From NCBI GenBank assembly GCA_000934665.2, contig KZ538627.1, positions 62,001 to 126,000 on the forward strand: a stretch of 64,000 nt of DNA. The letters run 5' to 3'. This stretch comes from Catajapyx aquilonaris (Eukaryota). This document shows, piece after piece, positions 1 through 12,755 of this stretch (the stretch's first letter is position 1; the number at the start of each line of letters is the position of its first letter). Both the position numbers and the translations under genes were made by a program. The notes under the pieces are model-generated. The model saw nothing but the letters and a program-made list of their open reading frames with translations, did not search any database and had not been told where the DNA came from.

Positions 1-354
1 GGAACTTTTGGCGTTTTCTTGAGTATTTTTTTTTTCTGTGCCCAGTCTACTCTTCTCTAGGAGTTCTCTATTTTTTTTGTCTCTGGTGTTCGGCTCCTTT
101 TGTTCCTTTTTCTGCTCAAACGTGGACGCGGAACGGTCAGCATGGCAGTAAATTGAAAGCGCATTGTAGTGGAGATAAGAGACGAGGCAATAAAAGGGAC
201 GAGAAGCAGATATCTTTGCCGATAGGGCATTGAGTGGAGAACAAGAGAAGGAGGGTATCATATTTAATCGTAGTACTAAGCAGTGATTGAGATTGGGAAA
301 TTCTTCGGGATTTCCACAGGGACTCCAGAGGAATTCCATATGTTACATTCTGGC

Positions 355-762
355 AGGTTAACTTATCTAACCTTACCCTTTTACGTTACCTTACCAAACC
401 CTAACCATTACCTTACCTTAACCATTATTAAACGTTACATAGCCCTTACCGTACCTTACCTTAACCATTATTAAACGTTACATAGCCCTTACCTTACCTT
501 ACCAGATCCTGATCTGGCCTTATCTAACCCTTACCATACCTTACCTTACATTTATCTTAACTTACCTTATACCCTACATTACCTTACATTTATCTTACCT
601 TACCACCCTACCCTACATTACCTTACATTTATCTTACCTTACCACCCTATCCTACATTACCTTACATTTATCTTACCTTACCACCCTACATTACCTTACA
701 TTTATCTTACCTTACCACCCTACATTACCTTACCTTATACCCTACATAACCTTACCTTACCC
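355..762. repeat. CCTTA-based minisatellite island
   Basis: Repeated ccttacatttatcttaccttaccaccctacatta units. Confidence 0.9.
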
Positions 763-1513
763 TGCGATATCCACAAAAGATATTCAATATTATTCTATCT
801 CCAGCCCATTCCCAAATACACTGGATTCTCCAAAACCTTTTGAAACAAATTATGCAAAAAATCTGATACAAAATAGCATGAATATCTTCTTCTTTTTTGT
901 TTCCTCGCAAACTTTCAGAGATTTCTCCTAGTCCTCTCTCCCCCACCCAGCCCTACACCCTGGCCCTCCCCGCAGCACAACTTTCTTCCGTTATAGTGTT
1001 CCCAAGTATCCTATTATTGTCCCCCCAAGTGCATCTGGAAAACACGGCGCGCTTTTTAATAACAGAGCTTCTAGGGGTCTGGCGCCTGGTGTTTCCATTT
1101 TTTTTTTAGGAAAATGGGGGAAGGAGAGGGTAAGGAGGGGGGAGGAAAACCAGGGAGAGCAAATAGTGTAGCCATCTTCCTGGCGGTCCTTCATATTAAA
1201 ATGATGCCAGAGCGCCGAAGGCATCAATCATTCAGGTAGCCAATATGAGGGCCGTTTTCCCTGATGCTGGGCCCCGGATTCTGAAGGGCCAGTGAAAATT
1301 AATAAAATCCGGAGGAGGATGCCCTGGATACCCTCCCGCTCATGATTCGCCTTAATAACTGCGACACTTGCAATACAGCCTTTCATGTGTGTCACATTTG
1401 ATAAATTTTTTTGAATGGAAAGGAAGCAAAATTGCAGTAGGAAACTGTCCCAGACGCAATTGAAATACAGTATCTAGTTTCACCTCCTCGAGTAAACCAA
1501 TGTGACTAATATA

Positions 1514-1738
1514 CAAGGAGTTCCAAGTTCGTGTGTCGTTTTTAGTTATATTGACATCGCCCGAAGGAGTTAGTTATTGTAGCTTGTTGTGCCACGATCC
1601 AGTTGCCTCAGTAGGCCTACTATGTAGCAGTGCTGGCTATAGAATAGGGCAACTTCTTAGGGGCACAAGCTACAAAAAATAACAGCTTTGAGCGAAATTT
1701 CCTATAACTGAAGGGACTAATACACTTGGAACACCTTG
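1514..1738. mobile_element. MITE family B (Tc1/mariner-like), diverged copy
   Basis: Ends CAAGGAGTTCCAAGT...ACTTGGAACACCTTG; internal arms gtagcttgttgtgcc / ggggcacaagctacaaaaaataac are shared with the copies at 34494 and 42016. Confidence 0.7.
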
Positions 1739-1756
1739 GAACAGTAGCAGCTATAA

Positions 1757-2032
1757 GGGGCGACATGGTGGTCTAGTAGTTACGCCACTGGCCAGCCAAG
1801 CGGGAGGCCGGGGTTCAAATCCCGTCCCCGTCACCTCTGCTTGGCCGGGTCTTTTTCCGCTTTTCACCCGACATGCCGGAGCAGAAATGCACTCCCTTCT
1901 CTGCTCAGGGCCAGGAGAAAAGGCCTGGTGTTTAAAGAATGTCAGAAATGGCTATCGCACGGGGCCCTCCCTTGTGAACTTCCCCTTCCCTCCCCAAGAT
2001 GGCCACGAGTTCTATCACGGGGGTAACAAAAA
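1757..2032 (+). mobile_element. tRNA-derived SINE
   Basis: Pol III box A TGGTCTAGTAG (1769-1779), box B GGTTCAAATCC (1812-1822), acceptor-stem-like ggcgac...gtcacc, a short A tail, and a 14-bp direct repeat AGTAGCAGCTATAA at 1743-1756 and 2033-2046. Confidence 0.8.
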
Positions 2033-3193
2033 AGTAGCAGCTATAAACACTGTTACTTTACCGCCGAGGAGTTGCAGATAGAACAGTTAATGAAAAGCTG
2101 TTGTAGGTGGGCAGCAGTTACAACCCTTACTAAAAGCTATTACTTTTCGGAGCAGTAGCAGTTATAACCGCTTATAAAACAGCTATTAACTTTTAGATGA
2201 GTAGCAGTTATGACCGTTAATAAAAGCTATTACATTTCCGAGGAGTAGCGGTCATGATCGCTAATGAAAAGCTATTTTACTTTTAGGTGAGCAGCAGTAA
2301 TAACTGCGACTGAAAGCAGCTATTTGTTTTAGATAAGTAGCTATTATCACTTAACGCTTTTTTGTAAATCAGTAGCAGTTAGAAAATTATGCTTTTTAAT
2401 GAAATTTTTATTGAAAATGGCGTTTTAAAAATAATAGCGACAGTTATAGCATCTATGTATTCATAGCAATAGCAATAATAACCGCTACTTAAAATAGCGT
2501 TTAAGACCATAACTGCGGATTAGCTCATATAAAGTCACTAGAAAATATTTGATTTTTTTTTTGTGACAGACTTTTTAAATTGAAGTTTTGTGGAGATAAG
2601 TGGCTCAAATTGACCAGGAGAAAAACAACAGTTAATGGCCAACCAACACCATTCAAAACAGCATAACCCCGTTTTAAAGCCCCGCCCCTCTTTTATTCCA
2701 TCCATCTGTCCGTCAAAGTCCTGGGGCAAAAGATTGGCGGCGCAATTTGCTTCTCCTGTGGTAAAACTGATGGATGTCTCCCCCCGGCGCAAAGAAATTA
2801 ATCAGGAGCAATTTGGGAAAGACTTCTTAATAGACGGCATTACTGTACGAATCCCTTAATTAGGCTTCCGGAAACACTGATTCATCACCCCTTACGAGCA
2901 GCCTAACTTCATTTCGCGCCTTTTCCAGCCAGATTCCTTTCGCAGCCAGAGAGAGAGAGAGAGAGAGAGAGCCTTAATCGCACGCTATTACACAGCTCTC
3001 TACTTCAACTTTTAGCCCCCCGAAAAATGACCCAACAACTTTTTTTAACATGTTTTTAATTGATACATTTTATGCCTAATTATGGTTTACACGCTAAATT
3101 AAAGCGCGATCAGATTTCGCTGTTCCGCTATGTAGCGATTTTTCGATATAGCTGATATCACTAAGCAGTTATTTGTGGGGCTATAGAAATATG

Positions 3194-3407
3194 CAGGGTG
3201 GTCCAAGTTCAAGTGTCGTTTTATAACGGCGATTAATAGAAACGCTTAACGATGACGTAGCAGCGACGTGTAAAATTGACCACTTCGATTGCACCGAAGA
3301 TGCGCCGAAGTGGGACATTTTACGCGTCGCTGCTACGTCATTGCAAAATCACTGCTAGGGCCTATTAATCGCCGTTATAAAACGACACTTGAACTTGGAC
3401 CACCCTG
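3194..3407. mobile_element. MITE family A (Tc1/mariner-like fold-back)
   Basis: Perfect 46-bp TIR CAGGGTGGTCCAAGTTCAAGTGTCGTTTTATAACGGCGATTAATAG plus a second internal inverted arm; TA on the right flank. Confidence 0.9.
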
Positions 3408-3792
3408 TATAACCTGCTACTTTTATCAAGTATTAATTAAAAAACTGTATTTCAAACATATTATAAAATACAGCTAAAACACGTATAAAAATTGACGTGC
3501 AGCGAATTTTAGAAATCGCGCCTTGTGACGTAACAGTTAAACTTTTGCGATGTTGTCAAGTCTCTGGAACGAACCTTAAAGTAACTGTGTCAACGTTGTG
3601 GTCGGAACAATGCACTTTGCGCGAGTGTGGGTGCGCACTCGGATGCGCTCCTGTAAAAATTCATGCATGTGACTTTCTGTCTCATAATCACTTCGCATTT
3701 TTTTAAACCACCATGAAACATTATGTACATGCGATTATGCTCTCATAACTTTGTAATACTGACTAATATAATATTATTCTCCATATTTTCAG

Positions 3793-3921
3793 TGCCAGTG
3801 TACGAAGGCCAAATATTGAAGCTTCCTAAAATCAGCAGGACGGACATGGGGGCGTACTTCTGCATCGCTTCCAACGGAGTACCGCCTTCGGTCAGCAAAA
3901 GGATCATGGTCAACGTGCACT
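3793..3921 (+). CDS. DIP-alpha: DIP exon A (C-terminal half of Ig2)
   Basis: Acceptor ttttcAG (AG 3791-3792) and donor GTGAGT at 3922; 129 bp encoding the Ig F-strand motif DMGAYFC and ASNGVPPSVSKR. Confidence 0.93.
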
Positions 3922-6900
3922 GTGAGTATACATACAGGATACAGTAATTACACATACATTTGGGACGTGTCGAAAATTTTAAACATCAAAAAATAATGCA
4001 TGGGAGAGCTGTACGGTTGGCGTCACTGATTCCAATTATATCGCTATTATTAAATTGGAGCAACTAGCTTTTGCGGTCAGCGGGTTATGTCACATGTAAT
4101 TAGGTGCAATGTCAATAATCAGTTTTTGGTTCAAACAGAACGCAAACTAAATTTTATGATTTTTCATGCCGTCTCGGTCAAGTTTCGCGATATATTTTTT
4201 TTGCGAATTTAATTATTCTAGGAGTGACCTAAGCTTCATCTCTGGAGATCCTGCCCTCTGGTGGGTTGCCTGAAAAACAGTCGCTTGCAATTTTTATCAC
4301 CTCCCATTTGCGAATCCTCGCAAATATTGCATACCGTGTAAATCCACCTATCAAGCGGACATGACTTACTCAGCAGGTTTCGCCAGACAGGAGAAAAGGA
4401 GGTTGCGATTTTCGTGTGTACTATAATGGGAGGGACTATTCGTTACAAATATTTATCATTCATAGACACGCACTTTGTCATCCCCCTTTCCTACCATTTT
4501 TCACCTACTTTATTTATATCAAGTATAGCAAATTCGACATTGACATTCGCACAATTTATTAGCACATCGATAATTTTAAGCTATTTTATAGCTTATCAGG
4601 TACGTGAGTGTCCCATCAGATGTTGAAAGCTATACTACTAGGTTAGGTTGAGGTTAAATCAGGTTAGCTTAGCCTAAGCTAACCTAAGCCTAACTAGTCT
4701 AGACTAATCCTAACTAGCCTAGTCTAGACTAATCCTAACTTGCCTAGTCTAGACTAATCCTAACTTTAGGTTATAACTTTAACCCAAGCTTTAACCCTAA
4801 CATCAGGTTGTAACTTTAACCTAACCTAACCCTACCCTAACCTCAGGTTATAACCTTAACATAAGCTAACATAAGGTTATAACCTTAACCTAAGCTAACA
4901 TCAGGTTATAACCTTAACCTAAGCTAACCTCAGGTTATAACCTTAACCTAAGCTAACCTCAGGCTATAACCTTAGCCTAAGCTAACCTCACAGTAACCTA
5001 ACCTAGCCTATAAGTTAGGTTAAAGTTTAGGTTAGGTTACTGTGAGGTTAGGCTAGGTTAGGTTAGGTGAGGTTAAGTGAGGTGAGGTTAGGGCGAGATT
5101 AGGTTAGTTAACCCAGTAACGCATAGCGCTTGTGCAATAATTATTGTTAGATTGTTAGTTATTGTGTTATGTCATTTGTTTATTTGAAATGCCTAAGGCC
5201 TGATTTCTGAACTGGGTTTAAACCGGACTTGAACCGGGTTTACTTTGAACCACTGTTCGAGAAATCGGGCCTAAAAATTTAAACAAAGAAGAAATCTTGG
5301 GCTAAGAGCATGTTTATAGGTGGTTATTGCGCGTCAGGCGACCATCTGGTGGAATAACCAGCAGGACAATTCCTATCATTCACATACGAGGAGACGAATC
5401 TGATGTCATTTTCTGTTCGTTATTATAGCAATTTTGTCACATATTTCCATCTCTCCTGCTTACTTTACAATGTCCGATATCTTGTGACACCCACGTGAAT
5501 TACGACCCACACTGCTTACAACCACTGCCACTTTAGCCCCCCAACCAAAAAATGCAACTAGGTGCATAAATACCACTCGGGTGTTGGAGCCTCATTGGAT
5601 ACCGATCCCAACAATGAGCTAAGGCCACACTGCATACTCCAAAGTCTTTTCAACGCTTACTCGCATACCCATCATTTCAACCCCTCCTCCCCCTAGGGGG
5701 GTCAACAACAAAAGTGCATCATTTTATGTATCGGTTTGGGTCCAACCCACCTCCCCCCTCATCCGATAATTAGGAAGTTTAGATCGCCGTCATTCTGTTC
5801 CAAAATGCCAACCCCACTGTTATTGTTGCCATGGCCCTCCAGGATTAATAAGGGAAATGGCCTCGTTTCAGAGTTGCCAACCTTATTTTTTTTAGTCCAA
5901 AAAAAAGCTGGTTATGAGACACCTTGATTTACGTGGAGGTGCACAGTAAGGTCTTTTTTTTCTCTTTTTCTGAAAATGAGTTACGGTATTTTGGTGGGGA
6001 AATGGTCCGTGAAGAGGAGGGTATATGCAACGGACGTTTTTTCCGATGGTACAAGTCCGGTGAGGGATTTAGGCTTGGGTTGGCTGATCGTCAAATTGAT
6101 CTTCCATCGTAGCCAGATGATCATTAGAGCCGGAGAATGCAATTTTTTTTTGCATCTGGTTTGAGACAGGGGTTCATTTACATGGAAGTCAAAGTGGACC
6201 AGATCTAGATCGGGTCTAGTTTGCCAAATCAGTGTATGGACAGCAATGACAAAGAAATATTTGATCGCATTAATCACAACTGCTGTCATTAGTTAATATT
6301 ATATAAGCTAAAAGCATTTTTTTCCTTACAATAAATTAATGTGTTCATATATAGGGTGGTCCAAGTTCAAGTGTCGTTTTATAACGGCGATTAATAGAAG
6401 CGCTTAACGATGACGTAGCAGCGACGTGTAAAATTGCCCACTTCGATTGCGCCGAAGATGCGCCGAAGTGGGACATTTTACGCGTCGCTGCTACGTCATC
6501 GCAAAATCACTGCTATTAATCGCCGTTATAAAACGACACTTGAACTTGGACCACCTGGTATGTTTTGCGACCATACTTAGTGGAATTGATGTAAATTTAA
6601 GAATCAAAATCCTGATAGTCAGAACCTTCTTGGTATCTACAGTAGGTAAGTATCATCTAGGTTTGAAACTATGTGCATCATCGTGTTGTAAAATCATGCT
6701 GTTGCAAACAGCGTGTTTTTTTTAAAGTAACGGAACTGAGTTGCGTATTAATTTATTACAACGTAAGTGTGTGTAAGCGGCTTTCTAATGACGTGCGGTG
6801 GCTTGCCTTGGACGGAAACACTTTGATAAATTAACTATTCATGATAGGAAAATCCCCGTGTTGTCGCGACTTCAAGTAGACGTACCGTATGAACTATTTA

Positions 6901-9900
6901 TGCTTTACAGTCCACCTGAACTTGTGTGTAAGAGGCTGCAGTTGAAGTCCCTCTAACTTGAATATTGGGTACCAATATTGAAATCTACCTGGGCTGGAAG
7001 TATGGATGCCAATGTTTGAAGTAAGAAGGCCTTAAACATTTTCTGAACGAGTATAATCAGATACCGTTATGTATAATTGGCTTTGTGACTCTGTTTGTCC
7101 AGGGTGAGTCAAACAAGTGCCACGTTTGAATCCGGAGAATAAGTACCATGTCATGATTGAAAATGAGTGACGACCATCCCCTTTAAACCCGAAAAAAAGA
7201 GTGTCAAAGTGCACCTCTCCCGTCCGATATTTCATAAGCCATGGCTGCCACCTGCCTGTGACATGTACCCGACACAATCAGTGAGGTCTGCCTGTGACAA
7301 ACGACACCTCCCATGTCCGTCTCTCTGTTTTTCCATGTGTGAGCGACAATTTCCTCCCATTTGTTTACACTGTTGTTTTGTTTCTCTTTTTTTTCCCAGT
7401 TCACCCAGTGATCCACGTGCCCAACCAACTGGTGGGTGCTCCGGTGGACACGGACGTGCTTCTGGAGTGCTACGTGGAGGCCTCGCCAAGGTCCATCAAC
7501 TACTGGATGCGGGACACTGGTAATCCCCAAACGAAACCTCCAACAATCCTTCTCTTCACTGTAGTTTCCAGTGTATAGGATTAGGCATGACTAATGTAGC
7601 TCAGATTAGCCTCCAAGAAAGGCCTCCGGAAAATATTATAGTGCTGAAAAAGGGCCAGAAATTGCCTTATGTACGTACTCACCAACTTGGAGGTCGCAGG
7701 ATCAAATCTCGTTCAGATTTCCCCTTATTTACTTATTTTTGGCATGAAAACAATATTAGAGCTGTAAATAGGTGTTATAGACATTTATATTGGCTATACC
7801 GCCTCCATTTTTGTCGGAAGGAAAAGAGCCACGTAACGCATCTATACAAAAGGTTGGTGGATCAAATCCCGTTCGGAATTCCCTTTATTTACTATTTTGG
7901 CATGAAAACAATATTAGGCTCAACTGCCTTACATAGTAAATTCCATCAGGTCTGCTACCTTACTCATTTCATCTACCTAAACCTTACATATTTTACCTCT
8001 CCTCTTGTCAGGTAGGTACCTAATTTAACCCTGTCCCACATATTTCAAAAACTCCATAACATCATGAAGCTCCTACCTCAGAAATATGATCTCATCTCCG
8101 AAACGTCAAGACCCCCCCCCCCTTTCATTTGCGCCGCCCCTGAAAATTGGAGCTCACCGCACATAAACCTGGCCCAATTATATGCCAACACCTGAGCGTC
8201 CCGCATACAAACTTTGAGCCTAAATTCGGCCCATTTTTTTGGTTAGAGAAGCTACAAATGAGCGTCCAGCCCTTGCAGACCTTCTAGAATAGATATAAAC
8301 TAGGGCTTGTCTGGCCCCGAGGCAAAGAGAGAGGCAGGCAGGGGCCCCCCCTCTATCTGTAGAAAGCATCGGCCAGCCATAATGAATGTGTCTCCAGATC
8401 AAAACAGATACCGCTACATGCAGCCTGGGTTAAATCCCAAAAGGGGAAAGGCCAGAGTTGTGGATAATAATTAGAGAGAGGAATCCTTGCAAAGTTGGCC
8501 TCAAGTCATACCAGTACGATTCAAATCCAGCGCCATTTTTTGGGGCAAAATGTAGGTGAATAGCAAAGCAAAATATTAAAAACACAGTGTTGCATAGCCT
8601 CCAGAAAATTTCAGGATGAAAAAAAGACTGAAATTTCGTTACAATGAGCAGGCTACTTACTGATTTAAAGGTCGGAGGATCCAATCCTGTTCGGAGTTGC
8701 GCGTTTTTTTGCGCGCGCGAAATAACGTTATTCTATAAACACCGACACCAAAATGGCTAAGGTCCGTTTTTTTCATTCCGGAACAATTTTCTGGCTGAAA
8801 AGGGTCCAGAAATTGCCTTACGCATGTATCTAATACATATTTATCAACGTATGTTCCCGATGCAAATCAATACGGAGGCCTCGACATATGCCCTAGGGTG
8901 ATCATTAGGGGTAGTTTTTAATGGGGAAGGTTTTTAGTACATTGGACTTGACCTCCGAGGTCATCCTTGGCAGCAGGAGCCGAAATACCATGTCCCCATA
9001 AGGTCCCGTCACGTTATCACGCAGCTAATACCCCAACAGCTTCTTTCCAAATCAGCCAAAGCAGCGATTGTTACTTCCGGCTTGCCATCTCGCAGAAGCC
9101 GTTCTTGTCATCAATTTTCAGCGGTTTATTCGTCCATGGTTTGATCTTATTCTATTTTTATCCTAGAGACTGTTTCACGGTCCAGCTACGGCCTCGGGGA
9201 AGGCCCAGGGTTCTAGCTGGGGCTTTAAAGACCGATCGGTTTTAGGCTGTAAGACTGGGGGAAACATTCCTTAAGGGTAAAGTCATGGCATGTTGTGGTA
9301 ACAACAAAATCAATGAGTTACTCAAATGGAAAAGTATTTTCTAACCCGGGCAACGCCGGGTGTCCTGATAGTTCACTGACTAAAATGCAGGGGGATCAAA
9401 TCCTGTTCATTTTTCCTTTTAATAATTTTTTCACGAAAATCCAGTACTGCAGCAGAGAATATGACCGTCATGAGCATGACAGTTGCATAGAATCATAAAC
9501 ACCAGCCTTGACTTACTATAAAACACTATGCGTCATGCCTTCGCAAAAATATATACAACTCCTGCGACCGCTAGAGGCGCGCAGGTGCAAGCCCTTATTG
9601 TAAACGGCTTGCGTTTAGTTGCAAAACCTGCACAATAAGCAAGTAGTGTTAATAGTGCGGGTAAGCCGCAGGTTTGTCCCTTGAAAACTTTTCCAATCCC
9701 CCTCGAACACCCCGAAAAAAGATTTTTACGTCCGCAGGCCCGTGGGTTTTCGAACTTGCAAAATTTCGTCCCCGGAATTTAGTTTCTGGGAGGTCTTCCA
9801 AGGGGGTATAGGGAGGGGGGTTTATATTCTGTAATCTCCGGGCGCAATTGTGTGTGTTTATTGCCCTCTGGCGAAGCTAAAACCGTCCACCGACCGGACC

Positions 9901-12710
9901 CCCCGAAATGAGCAACTGGTTATAAGGTCGTCGGCGTATTGTAAGTTTTTTTTTGGTTTGTTTTCAATGGCTGCCTGAAGGCTTGCAACAGTCTGTAAGT
10001 GGTGTAGTGGGACATATTTAGGCGAATAGTATAGCAAAATGTTAAAGACACAGTGTTGCACCCCCTCCAGGAAATATTTGGCCCAAAACGAGCCATAAAT
10101 GGAGGTAGGCTGCGTTGTGTATACTTACTGCTTACTAATGGAAAGGTTGCTGGATCAAATCCCATTCGGATTTTTTGGTGAAAAACATTTTTCTGGCAGA
10201 AATATTTGTTACTGACACGAAAAATAGCTACTGCTCAGTTTTGGTGACCAAACATGGACAAGCAAACATACAGACATTTTCTGCTGTGGATTTTTACAAC
10301 TCCTTGAGCAATCATCCATTGAACTGTCTTCTGCAAGCAATGGGAGGAGAAACCTGTCCCATCCAGAGTGGCGTCACCCGCATCCGGCTTTCTCTTGCAA
10401 AAATCTAGCCACTTGCAGGGGACATGTCTTCCTGCCCCTCCCTCTTGCAGCAACTTGTGCAAACCGGGGAATTCCCGAGTGTCAGCCATCCGCATAACTG
10501 CTTGTAAGGGACTACAACCCCCCTCCCCCCTATCCTCCCACCCCTCCTTCTGCTTAAGACTGCTCGCCCGCAATATCTCCTCAGAGTTGCTAATTACCTG
10601 CGAATGCTGGCCCCTTTCGCTCTAATCTGGAGCACTACTCTGGAATTGCCTCTGACTTATGTAACGAGGCAACCTCCCCTCAAACCTCGCTTGCTTCAAG
10701 TGACATTTTGCAAAGGTGGTTTATATGTGACTTTGCACCAGGCTGTATCACTATGTGTATAGTTTGTCCAACCTTAACAAGCAGCTCTTATTTGAATGCC
10801 GCACCCAGCACGCCTACGTAGCGAGCTTAGCTAGATCGTGAAAGGAAAACTTACAAGTTGTACCCTGAAAATTAAGAAATAAACATTTATATTGATTAAA
10901 ATTGAATCAATATGGTTTGGTATGTGACATTATGGCCGCCATTTTGAGTCCAAGTTGGCACGTGTTTTAAAGAGGTTGCTCCCGACAGAGACGTCTCCTC
11001 TCCGGACCCTTCCACCCCCTTGAAAATGTCACCTGCAGTTGACTCCGGAAATTCCAGCTGCCCTCGACAACTTACCCCCACTTAGATATCCCCCCGAGGT
11101 AATTTGAGGCGGGGCACACACGAAAAAAAACACCCGTCCTGGACACCTTTCGGTCACAACAACTGGTCGTGACGCACCGGACAAAAACTCTCGTCTCATC
11201 AATCAAAATCCGGATTAGGCGCGTCATTACTCTCCCCTTACTCCGGATTTAACCCGGTGGCCCCGTATTGGGAGTTTAAAAAAAATAATTTTAAAACGCC
11301 TTGTGAGGGGCCTAAGCATTAATTAGCGACCTTGTAACACTAGCGTTACGTACATCTGCTCCGGAAATTAAAAGAGGCGTCCCGGAGGGTTTCAAAGAAC
11401 AAAGGCTCGGCGGGGGGTTTTCCTGATGACCCCCGGATTTACGACCCGGATTGTACCTGGTTGTAGCCAACGGCACCCGGTGGGCACACCCCCGGATTTT
11501 CTCTGCAACAATGAGTGGGGGGGGGGGGCGAGTTACGGCACTGCAGGGGTAACTGGCTTTTGTTCAGAACCCGGTTGGGTTATGGCTAGCTATTGGCAAA
11601 CAATTGGCGGATAACTCAAGCGCTGTTGCAATATTTGGCAAACATTACCGCTGCATGGTCTACTCCAACCAGCACTGTTTGAAAGCTCCAACTGACGCCA
11701 TAACTAGGAAAGTAACAATGACAGTAATTTGAAGCGTTATAAAAGCTATTTACACATAACGCGTTAAAAATCACGCTTTATACCACCTTATTGACCGGGC
11801 ATTTTGTTTAACAGCTATTTATATTATTAGCTATCATTTATTAGTAACTTTTACTGTATGTAGCTGTCGTGTATTAATAACAATTGTTATGCAGATATGT
11901 TATTTTGGTTTACCTATTATTTATATTATAAGTTATTGTTCATTATGAACCATTAGTTTTGTTCATATTTACATTGTTAACAATTATTTATATTAATATT
12001 TACATTATTAACAATTATTTATATTAATATTTACATTGTTAACCATTATTTATATTATAAGTTATTGTCCATTAGTAACTATTTTTGTTAATATTTATTT
12101 TATGAACAGTTACTTATGTTAATTATTTATTAACATCTATTGTTGATATTATTAGTCATCTGTTATCAGCTATACTAGCAATTATTAGCTATTATTGAGA
12201 CAGCACCTGCTGTTATTTATATTTAGTTATTACCTACATTGGCAACTATTATTATTTATATATTAGGGGCTATTATTAGCTTTTCTTCAGTAGCAACTGT
12301 TACTTTCATTATCTATTATTTCTTGCCTACTATTAGTTATATATATAGCTATGTACATATCAGCTGTTGCATACCGTAATATGCAACAGCTAATATGTAC
12401 ATAGCTACAATATAATTAGTTGTACATAAAGTAGCCATGTACATAACAGCCATGTATCGCTATTACATATTAGCTATTATGAACCGTGTAGAAAGCGAAG
12501 TGTGTCGCAATAGCTGAAGTGGTGCAATTGAATATATACGTTCACAAGTGCATATTACGAACCCTCACCACCAGCACTTTGTGACTCGTTTCTTGTCTTC
12601 CCTTATTCTTCCCCCTCCGCCTTCCCTTTCCCTCCTTCCCCCTAACGAGAGAGGCTTAGTGCTTCTGACAAATGCTAAAAAGTGTCTAATGCGCCTCCAA
12701 GTTGCCTCAA

Positions 12711-12755
<45 letters not shown>

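Noticed and set aside
1757..1835. Functional tRNA gene
   Set aside because: The anticodon arm pairs poorly, and the head continues into a body with an A tail and TSD, which fits a SINE better.
3289..3477. Similar short ORFs at 3289, 6447 and 25578 suggesting a peptide family
   Set aside because: The shared sequence is the family A MITE, not a gene.
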